DNA of 59,857 nt, filler included, from Nemertoderma westbladi (lineage: Eukaryota > Animalia > Xenacoelomorpha): assembly GCA_032718475.1 (NCBI GenBank). It is 3 parts of 3 records of this genome, joined end to end, with 100 filler letters (N's around TTAATTAATTAA, not from the genome) between each part and the next. Parts side by side here need not be neighbours in the genome. Positions count along the whole stretch, not along the records: positions 44,200 to 59,857 come from JAUCBJ010002003.1; 2 more parts are not named here. One strand, given 5' to 3'. How positions within the stretch are numbered: position 1 is the stretch's first letter; each line of letters starts with the position of its first letter. The notes beneath the pieces are model-generated. The model had not been told where the DNA came from, searched no databases, and saw only the letters and a program-made list of their open reading frames with translations. This document shows positions 50,050-59,857 of the stretch, piece after piece. Position numbers and translations under genes: made by a program.

Positions 50050-51110
50050 GATAGACTGATTGACGAACAGACTGACAGACAGACAGACACACACACAGAA
50101 AGACAGACAGACAGACATACTGTACAAGATGTTGACAAGCATGAAAACAGATACCAGAAATGAAATCAGCGACCTCGAAAACCTCAGTAGCAAAAATTTT
50201 AGCTTGCTATATAAGTATTTAGTATAATTTGATGGACAGACGGCCAGTCTGACAGATAGACAGACAGACAGACAGACAGACAAGATTTTGACAAAAATGA
50301 AAACAGATACCAGAAATGAAATCAGCGACCTTGAAAACCTCAGTTGCGAAAATTTTAGCTTGCTATGTAAGTATATAGTATAATTTGGCGGACAGACAGA
50401 CAGTCTGACAGACAGACAGACAGACAAACAAGATTTTGAAAAAAATTGAAAACAGATACCAGAAATGAAATCAGCGACCTCGAAAACCTCAGTAGCAAAA
50501 ATTTTAGCTTGCTATATAAGTATTTAGTATAATTTGATGGACAGACGGCCAGTCTGACAGATAGACAGACAGACAGACAGACAGACAAGATTTTGACAAA
50601 AATGAAAACAGATACCAGAAATGAAATCAGCGACCTTGAAAACCTCAGTTGCGAAAATTTTAGCTTGCTATGTAAGTATATAGTATAATTTGGCGGACAG
50701 ACAGACAGTCTGACAGACAGACAGACAGACAAACAAGATTTTGAAAAAAATTGAAAACAGATACCAGAAATTAAATCAGCGACCTCGAAAACCTCAGTAG
50801 CAAAAATTTTAGCTTGCTATATAAGTATTTAGTATAATTTGATGGACAGACGGCCAGTCTGACAGATAGACAGACAGACAGACAGACAGACAAGATTTTG
50901 ACAAAAATGAAAACAGATACCAGAAATGAAATCAGCGACCTTGAAAACCTCAGTTGCGAAAATTTTAGCTTGCTATGTAAGTATATAGTATAATTTGGCG
51001 GACAGACAGACAGTCTGACAGACAGACAGACAGACAAACAAGATTTTGAAAAAAATTGAAAACAGATACCAGAAATTAAATCAGCGACCTCGAAAACCCC
51101 CGTAGCGAAA
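50050..51110. repeat. Tandem repeat of alternating 156/149-bp monomers (305-bp dimer) with (GACA)n microsatellites
   Basis: GAAAACAGATACCAGAAA at 50143, 50299, 50448, 50604, 50753, 50909 and 51058; related single unit at ~49030-49200. Confidence 0.92.
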
Positions 51111-52364
51111 ATTCCAGCTCTGTGCTTCTTCATTAACATACATATATTACACTTATGATTATTACATATTGATAGAATAATAGAGAGAAAATTTTGAGCG
51201 AGAAGGTTCAAACTTTAATCCCATTTTACTCGGAATTATTTTTTCTCGTTTTTACTCCACTCAAAATACTACTCCTCCGTAATTGTTTCATCAAATCGTT
51301 TGAAATTTTCACACTGTGATCTAGAGATGTCGAGCAATAAAACTTCTAGACAGAATTTTGAATTTTTGAATTTAAGTGGTGTTTTGGGCCGATAATTTAA
51401 AAAAATAAAAAAATATATATTTTTTTAAATAAAAAATGCACTTCCGGTCAAAATTTCAAAAATTTGTCTAGAAGTTCTGTAAAGCAGCCCACACTGATGC
51501 CCCTTGCCAAATTTGAATTTAACTTGATTTAAATTCTAGGAGCCTTAGCATTTACAGTCTTGTTCACAATTAAAATCCATTCTTCAATCTGCATCCATCT
51601 GAATCAATCTACTCTCGTAGAAAAATAATAGTTAGATTGATGAAATTGAACCTACTTTCAACTTCTTCAATCCAGACACCAGACTTTCTGTCTAGATTGA
51701 TCAGATTTAACAGATTGAAAATGTAGAGCCGAAGTATCCCTCTGTGCAGAGATGCCATGGGTTAGTATAGGGCAGTGTAGGGCACGGAAATAAAGAGCAG
51801 GGCGGCTAGGCGGGTAGACTAAGCTCAAAGAGCATGGCGGCTGCAACAAACAACTATAGGCCAGGCTACTAATGGGATCCCGCAAAGCCTTAGATTGATT
51901 GACAGGCACTGTAACAATACAGTTGGTGTGTGTGAGGTGTTCTACTGAATTTCGGTTTCATTACCCCTGCATAACTTATATTGTACAGTAGTTAAATTCC
52001 TCCTTTCCAGTAGTAGTCTATACAATGCGCAGACTCGCTTGTTTATAACACTTTTTTAATGCTAAATATACAAAATTTATTTAATGCATGGCGAATATGG
52101 AGACTATACATTTTATATTATTCATTGTTTGATTATAATACAATATGAGATTACGAAAAGTTTGCGCATGAATCTTTATTGCAGTTGCACAATTCTGTGC
52201 AATCATGTTGGTTTTTTCTGCAGGTGCACTTCTGCGATTTACATTGGATTTTGGATTAACAGTTACACCAAAAATTGCAAAATTGCAAAATGCAATCCGG
52301 AGCTGGTGGTATGCCCTCAGGTATTGCAATCGGGGAAAGTTGATTGTTAGCTATTATCCACCCA

Positions 52365-53490
52365 TATTCTCTGGGGTCTACACTAGGGGGTCTAATTTCC
52401 ATTGAGTTCTTCCCGTGTCTTCCACACCTTTACTTGCAAATGGGCCCTTTTCACGTTCTCTGAGAAGGAGTCAGTGGTTGGTGGTATTATTTGCAGCTTT
52501 GCACAGCTGGTAATTGGTTTTTCTGTGCACACCTTTTGTCGTGACTGGGTCATGTTGTCTGAGTCATATCCATAGCAGTCACACCTGTCAGTTATAAAGT
52601 TAGTACATTCCATTAAGACTGTAGATTGCGGTGCTTCCATATCTCCCATACGGCACCACTGTGGAGTGGGTCACCATTTTAATTTTTTTTTATTGTGTAT
52701 TTTAACCGATATTATAAGTGTACTAAGTTTATTTAAATATTGTTTCCAACTACAACACAATTCTAGAACGTTTATATTCATTTCATATTTTAAAGATTCA
52801 TTTGTGTTTTTTGACATTATGAGTACAAACATTCAAAGACATTTATATTCGAGACAGTCCACTGATTTAAATATTATAGAAATTTCCCAAAATTTAAAAG
52901 ATGAGGGGAGTGCGATAACATTTGCACAATCCTGTGGCCTGTTACCCATACCCACTAGTAAAAGTTCTTGCAAACATGTTGGTTGTAGCTACTCTGCCCA
53001 CATTTTTAGACGTACAAAACACGGAGGTACTTGTCTAATGTGGCGTTGCAAAGGGCCACAAAGACACCAATTATCGGCAAGAAACGGGACGTGGTTTGGT
53101 GCATCTAAACTGATTTAATCGATTTAATCAAGAAATCATTCCCTACACAGTGACTCAAGCAACATTTCAAATTCACTTATTCTAATAAACAAAACTAATG
53201 TTTATAGTGTGTGTAAAAAATAGTAAATATATAATTGTATAAAATTAAAAAATAAATGGTGACCCACTCCACAGTGGTGCCCTCCCATACAACAAGTAAG
53301 AGTGAGTCCTTTCTCCAAAGCCTTGATGACTTTCGCTATGCCAATCCCAAACATACTCGCAACCGTTTCACACCCAGATAATGCATGGCCTCCCAAAAGA
53401 TTTCCTATGATACCACGATGCATTTTTACTGTATCGCCCACGTCTATTACTGCGGTACGGTTTTTAAATGGGGATTTTATGAAAATTTAA
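52365..53490 (-). pseudogene. Academ-type transposase remnant (XPG-like C-terminal region), split by a Merlin element
   Basis: After removing 52652-53281 plus one TSD the frame reads HALSGCETVASMFGIG...CMGDMEAP...IIPPTTDSFSENVKRAHLQVKVWK...DPREYGW. Confidence 0.7.
52652..53281 (+). mobile_element. Merlin (IS1595-like) deletion derivative
   Basis: 28-bp TIR GGCACCACTGTGGAGTGGGTCACCATTT; 9-bp TSD CTCCCATAC (52643-52651, 53282-53290); 52819-53118 encodes an N-terminal Zn-ribbon ...WRC...SARNGTWFGASKL; DDE core missing. Confidence 0.88.
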
Positions 53491-55626
53491 TTGGTTATAC
53501 CTGTTCTTCCCTCAGATAAAAATGTAATAATAGAACAAATATAGAATATTTATCTGCGAAAATGCGCATAGCGCGCATGTTCTGTGGAAACTTTTTCACA
53601 GATAACATCTTCGAAACACCGCCAAAATACACACGATAGACTTCAGAGAGGCCGGTTTCAACCATTAAACTTCATATTGCATTGATCCAATGAAACTCAT
53701 TAATGTATGCATCCCCCTTAATGTAAGTCCATCGTCCTGTCCTGAACAGGAAAATACCAAATTACATAGCGACATCTTTGAGGAACTCATGGTCAATACA
53801 TTTAGCTCGATGTAGACCAATAGCAGACCCCGCCAAAACTTTTAATGGCAAGGCATTACCGCATTCTGTCATTTGAAATAATAATAGTATAACTCTATAA
53901 CCAGTATAACTCTTGATATCTATGTCATTCTAGTTCTTTTGACATTTCCTTTTTGGTCAATCTCAGTATAGAATGATCCGCTTCATCCACATGTGATAAG
54001 GTAGGTCCAATATTCCTGTTTGGTTGGGTTATTAGCATAGCTAGTGAATGCGAGGATTTCTTACAATTCATGGAACTTAAATTCGTTTATACAGTAGTTT
54101 GCTTGGCATTACCTAGGTAGACTCCGAGGGCAACCTGTAAGGGAGTCGGATGACTCTAGTCCCGACCCGTTAACTAGTACCGGCCCGCTAACCACAATTT
54201 ATCTATTGACTTTTATGATCAATTTTTGAGATTTTACTAGCTATTTCTTTTACCAGATACAATAGTTACTGTTTTTTCCAGGTGGCCCCCATAATATCTT
54301 ATGAATGTTCGAACTAGTCATTTTAGAATTTTTTACAGTAATTGCTAGGTTTCCTAATTCGATTAGCTATCATCAACTGTTATATTGCTAGAGAACTACG
54401 CAAGCATAAAGTACCAGTTTAATTATTAACAAAACATTTAAAAAAACATTAAAAAAAACATACCGATGACAATTAAATGAACAATTCGACTCACCGTATA
54501 AGAAACTACAACTATGTCAATTTTCTAGTACCAGCTAATGACATTTTCATGTCAATGAAAAAAAATTCCAAATCAGAAACTACGAGTATAGCAATTTTCT
54601 ATAGAACAAGTGCCATTTAAATGCAGAGACCTGGAAACTCACTAGCTATTCCAAGAAAACACTAAATGTGAGTAATCATAGGCTTAACTAATGATCCATA
54701 ACTAATAATCATAACTAATGATCATCATTAGTTATGAATTCCAAACCCAATTCTCCATATCGAAATGGTCACCCAAGAAAAAGTACTGTAGTACCCAACT
54801 CAAAATTTGGTATAGTATACATATTAGTAGGCCTATATCGTTCGTTGGAACGCAGGAACATACTATACTGTACAGTAGAATCCACTCTAATTTACTTTGC
54901 TAAGGTACTTATGCACTTTATCTGTACTATCCCTTACGGTATCGATTTATGAATACGGGTACAATAAAATAAGATGCACAATACAGTAGAAAGGAGCTAA
55001 ACTGGAAATAACAAATATAGTTACCGTAGAAACATCAGCTAAATGTTATAATCGCTGAAATTTGTTGTCTTTAATAATTATTTTAACACTCAAACATGAC
55101 AGGTTGGGAAATAAATATCAGCCCAATTTAGATTCTTAACCTTGTCTAAAGTTACAGAAAGGCACCCTAATAAAATAAACATAATTTAACTAACTTTGGT
55201 GCATATTTTGTAACTAATTGTATAATTAAAGGCGTTTGAAATCGCAACAGTAAACTTGAATGCCGTCTCCATAGCAACAGGATCTAAAAATCAGACAAAA
55301 AAGATTGTCATTATTTCGTAAATGAACTATATTGACTTTGTAGAAGATTTTAATCCATTATGACATGCTGTATTGCAGTTGCTATGCCTTAAAGTAGGGT
55401 TATGTGGTCCTTAGCAACTAGGTCGTTATTTCAAAATGCCCAAAGTCAAAAATGTTATAATCGCCATTTCCTCATTAAGTGGGACCTATAGAACTAAAAA
55501 CATCAAAAAAATTGAATCCGTCCAAAAATTGTCGGTATACCATTGTGGCTGCCGGACTATTTGGCCCACTTTACTTTACCGAAGTTGAGTGGGGTTTTGT
55601 TACTTCCTTTCGCAGGTATACCAATC

Positions 55627-56774
55627 GGGTAACAGACGTTTCGGTCTAAGACGTTTTGGCCTAGGACGTTTCGGCCCAATGAATGAAATACAAGATTTGC
55701 TTGTCGGACGTTTTGGCCCAAAGATTAAATTTACTCCCTTAAATAAGCTATTAATAATAAGTTATTCAATATATTTGTTTTGTAGTTGTTACGTTCGTTA
55801 CAAGAGGAGTTGTCAGTAGGAACTGCTCCGACACCTGTTTGAAAGTCGTCAAGATCGAAGTTCTTATATATATAAATAATAACTTATTATTTATTAATAT
55901 AAATTTACACCATACTGTAACTTAGAACAAAGATAACATGCTGACAAATTAACTTTAGAGTTATGATGATGGGCTTTCCCCCATAAAAAAAACATACGTA
56001 TTTTAAAATGTGAGTCAATAAATAAAGTACATTAAAATACACCGAATTAAAATTACTGTATTTTAATGTTGGTCTTAAAAATATAATAGATAAGAAATAT
56101 TCCATTAAAGGGGCATTGCTAATAATTATGAGACAGACTGGATGTCATATGGAATGAGATAAAATATATGCGTATTAAATTTAAATTTAGATGAAATGTA
56201 TGCGTATAAATCGACGGGTATAAATCATCTATCATCGAAGATGATAGTTATTGTTTCAGCAGATCATTAAGACATAGCTGCAATACACTGTCCAGCTACA
56301 AGAATTATCAATTGAGTAATGTTTAAAGTTAATGAAGTATCTCCAAAATATATCGATCAGACGAGATTTAAGCCCTAAATGGTTCTTGAAATTGATTCAC
56401 TTTAGTAGTACTGTATATTAGCAATGTGGCACTCGAGACCAAAAGTTTTGTTCTGACTTGCATTTTTTCGGCCGCATAACATAATTGATGGCGAATTGTC
56501 TATGGAACCAGAGCACCACTTCCCTAATGTTTATTTTATTTTGAAATAAAAGTAAATTAAATAGCCATTTCATGAAAGATATTTTATTAAGTGTTTGTAT
56601 GTTATTGTGAAATAATTATAATTTTAATGAATAATTATTATCATATCAAACAAGTTGGCCTTTTCATTCGGTTACCGTCATGGGCCGAAACGTCCGGACC
56701 GAATCGTCCGGGCCGAAATGTCCAGGCCGAAACGTCCTGGACCGAAACGTCCTAGGCCGAAACGTCTGTATACC
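55627..56774. mobile_element. MULE-like MITE with 15-bp GACGTTTCGGCC subterminal repeats
   Basis: Imperfect TIR GGGTAACAGACGTTTCGG / CCGAAACGTCTGTATACC; 9-bp TSD ATACCAATC (55618-55626, 56775-56783). Confidence 0.85.
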
Positions 56775-56804
56775 ATACCAATCGATACATTAGCAGACAA
56801 TTCT

Positions 56805-56920
56805 GCACTGACATTAGAGACATTAGTGCCCGAGGACCTTGTCTGCAAGTGAGACGTTACTGCCTGCGAGTCATTAGTGCCCGCGGACCTTGTCTGCAAG
56901 TGAGACGTTAGTGCCCGCAC
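56805..56920. repeat. Short direct repeats (GAC(A/G)TTAGTGCCC; ~51-bp duplication)
   Basis: CATTAGTGCCCG.GGACCTTGTCTGCAAGTGAGACGTTA is present twice; probably another transposon subterminus. Confidence 0.6.
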
Positions 56921-57170
56921 TCCGCGCTGAATTTGGAAGTTAGCTTTTAATTTGTCGACAAAATGTCAGACAGTCGACTGAGTATTTTTCTTGAAATCAT
57001 TAATTAATTATAATATATCAGAGTTAGTGGGTCCTCGAACGAATATACTGTATATACAGTAACGCTTTCAAATAACGTCCTATTGGATCCTAATTGGATC
57101 CTATTAGGAACCTAATAGGAAAAAAATAGCCTTTAGGAAATCACTTGGATTTTACCTAATGCAAGTCTAC

Positions 57171-58269
57171 CTACTACTACTACTACTACTACTACTAGGA
57201 TCGGCATGCTGCATTGCAGCTGCATTTTTAAGAATGCTGTGCCGGCTTGTCAACAAAATTGCACCGCCACAACTCCCTATCACCCATGACATTTGCTAGA
57301 TCATCCGCATCTTTAAGGCCAGTGTCCTTTAAGATGCGTCTCAAGAAAGTCATGGGCTGTCCACCATGCTTATTCACTCCATGAGGCTGCCAAAGTACAA
57401 GATTATGCACTGGCCGGTCCTCACGGCGAAAGCAATGTCCTGCAAAGCGGAGGCGATTTTGTTCTAGTGTCAAGCTTGGGGGAACCAATGAGACACCTCC
57501 AATGTTATATAGTGTCTGGTTGGAGATGTGTGCATTGTACTTGACACAAGGAACCCGGCGTAGCATTCTTGTGAATGTGCCATCCAAAGATTTGGTGTCC
57601 TCAGCAGTTAGAGCCCAGCATGGAATCCCATAGAGGAGTACTGGAACTACTGCTGCTCTAAATAATCGGACCTTAAGTTTCCGAATAATTCTCGGTGACT
57701 TCCAAATCCTGGAAAGCCTATTCAAGGCTGCCCATGCCTTTCCCTTACGTATTCGAAGGTCCTCACCTTACTTCCGGATCCATGATCCCAGGTAACAGAA
57801 GTCATCCACATGCTCAAGCATACCATCTTTTGAGCTTATGCTCATCCGATCAGAGACTTGCTGAGGACTTTCAAAGTTAACTGTCAAAATTTTGGTCTTT
57901 CTGGAGTTAATAAAAAGACCAACACTAGAATCAGCATGTTCTAATGAGCTGAGGAGCCGTTGGGCTCCCTCTAGTGATTCTGAGAGTACTCCTAAATCAT
58001 CAGCAAAGTCTAGATCAGTTTGGTACTTGGCAGGATTTCCTCGACTTCTGGAGCCCGTAGGTGGAGTTATCATCACCCCATCACCATTATGATAATCTAA
58101 GGACATGCGTAGAACATAGTCAACAACAATTATGAACAAGAATGGTGCAAGTGTGTCTCCCTGGACGACGCCCCATAACACTTCAAATGGTTCTGTGTCA
58201 CCGTCAACAGTAGACACAAATGTTGTCGAACCATCGTATACTGATCTGATTGCTGAAATAATTTCATCA
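57171..58269 (-). mobile_element. 5'-truncated RTE-group LINE, same family as 16682-18473
   Basis: Near-identical sequence; (TAG)n tail; one in-frame TAA at 57768-57770; no TSD found. Confidence 0.93.
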
Positions 58270-59857
58270 ATTTACTAAGCAACACAGGTACAGGTCTACC
58301 ACGTTTCCCAATGATGTCAATCACTTCATAGAGACTACAAAGTCCTTGTTCAAACTGACTCAGATTCTCAATATCGGGAAATTCGGTTCCACAATGCCGT
58401 TTGTTAAAATCTGTGACATGCATGCGAGAAACTTCACCCTCTCTACGCCTGTTAAAGACAATAAGATATGCCAAAACAAGTTCGTTGAGACATTCCCAAT
58501 TTGACTTTACATCGATGGCCCGATTTAGCATTTCAGAGTGGTACTTTATATTCTCCTGTAGGTATTCGCATAGGGTAACTACGCTATCAGTGGAAGGTAA
58601 GATTAACGTCTTATTGCGCTTCTTTTCATCTAGAGTCCTTAGGGCGTGAGATGACACAAACTCAGGCCACCTTAATGCGCAAATTTGTAGAAATCTTTCA
58701 GTATTTTCTATTTCGGGAATGTTGCCAACTTCTATGGCATTACCTTTCACAATTACCGCACATTTCTTCACAGCATGTCCTAGTTTGAGGGCCAGAGTTG
58801 GAACCTTCAATGTATGGTCATGGGAATTGAATCCTGCCAAAGAATGCACTGTATTAATAACAAGTGAGATTTTCATTGGGTCGATGTATTCACTTAGTGC
58901 CGCACCTGGGGAATTATTGTATGATCGTAATCCTATTAAGAGACGCCCAATCTCCCTCAATTTGTCCCGAACAAATCGGTGTTGATCGACATTATGGCCA
59001 AATTTATTCGCCAATTTCCTTCCGTATTGTAGAATAAGATTATCAGACATTACAGCTGCAGTTATGTTATCTGTCTTCATTACGCTAATAATCGCATGCA
59101 ACTTCTCACTTCCACCAAGAATAGAACATGGTTTGAGAAGTTTGCTTTCATAAATGAATTTCTTTGAGCTCCCTTCGTTTCTGGGACAAGGGCATCGGTG
59201 TCTCCACATGTCAGAAAACAAATACCAACCCAAACAAGCTGGACATGGGCCATAATCACTGGGATTAACAACTGCATCTTTGTGAGGTCTATATACGACG
59301 ATCAGCGATCCTTTTCTTTTTTCCAATACATCTATGTTGTGTTTATGAGCACCCAAGTTTCGTAATTTGCTCATAATGTTATAGCGTTTACGTTTGTTCC
59401 CTTTAGATAATATAAGTTTTACAACTTCTTGTTCATTGTTATGATGCGTTTCGAGATGACGCACCAACTTCATTTGTGACTTACAGCAGTAATAGCAGCT
59501 CGCAACTTTGTCATACGAACGTCCTCCCAAATTATTTGTGCGCAATATTTTGATATCATGTTCGCCTTGTCCCGAATTTGGAGAGCATTGTTCAGCAGTA
59601 TTATCATCAGACCTTGGTTCAACAGTATTATGATCAGTATCAGAATCTTCATCAGTTTCTTCATATTCGAGTAAATCTTCATCACTTTCATCCTCTCTGT
59701 CACTGCCACTTGAAAAGTGCCAATCTGGATCAGTATGATTAAATTTTTGTACTTTTCGGTTAGATGTTTCGCACTGGGAAGCCTCCTCCTCCATCAATAA
59801 TTCATCATTCACGTTATCTGGAAACGTTGTAAAATCATATATATCTGGTTCATTTAT
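58270..59857 (-). CDS. Crypton-like tyrosine recombinase-family protein, open past the window end and C-terminally truncated by an RTE
   Basis: About 530 codons without a stop; acidic N-region; Zn-binding-like CYYC..RHLETHH and CPAC..WRH..C; YR box-I-like FNRRREGEV and GKRGRPVPVLL; box II (H-x-x-R...Y) absent because RTE sequence follows. Confidence 0.7.

Larger units (their letters stand above)
49767..53717. mobile_element. Possible Kolobok-like composite element
   Basis: TTAA-GGGGGTTCAC at the left and GCATCCCCC-TTAA at the right (short imperfect TIR, TTAA TSD, palindromic empty site TACATTAATGTA). Pairing of the two ends is inferred. Confidence 0.45.

Noticed and set aside
49993-51211. 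Hydrophobic SVCL-repeat ORFs as membrane proteins
   Set aside because: They are translations of (TGTC)n microsatellite-containing tandem repeats.
54157-55559. Element bounded by TAGTCC...GGACTA (Academ-like ends)
   Set aside because: Only 6 bp of inverted match and no TSD; insufficient support.
58130-58269. C-terminus of the 560-aa ORF as part of the recombinase
   Set aside because: It is out-of-frame RTE sequence; the same peptide (QQSDQYTMVRQHL) appears in ORF 17592-17885.

Overview
AT-rich eukaryotic DNA, most likely an invertebrate animal, made almost entirely of transposable elements and tandem repeats. I could not support any intact host gene, tRNA, rRNA or CRISPR array. Two N-gaps (16165-16263, 44100-44199) each carry a synthetic-looking TTAATTAATTAA linker, so the three segments may not be truly adjacent. 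Contents: nested non-autonomous DNA transposons with readable TIRs/TSDs (hAT-like 8-bp TSD, MULE-like 9-bp, Zator/Harbinger-like TAA, Merlin 9-bp, Kolobok-like TTAA, and two families with CAGT(C/A)AGGGA ends and 5-bp TSDs); a head-to-tail array of Helentron-type (HINE/DINE-1-like) elements; LINE fragments (L2/Crack-type with PHD-APE-RT, CR1-like, RTE group); about 39 copies of a 208-bp satellite; Academ- and Sola2-like transposase remnants; and a long Crypton-like tyrosine-recombinase ORF truncated by an RTE. The most notable signals are a fully canonical type III hammerhead ribozyme with a predicted loop-loop pseudoknot (2445-2498) and a bipartite motif GAGCAGGWTWCAG-N14-15-AACCAAAACAATA (one copy has a 20-nt spacer) that recurs in unrelated contexts. 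Superfamily labels come from my recognition of TSD, terminus and protein motifs, not from database searches.
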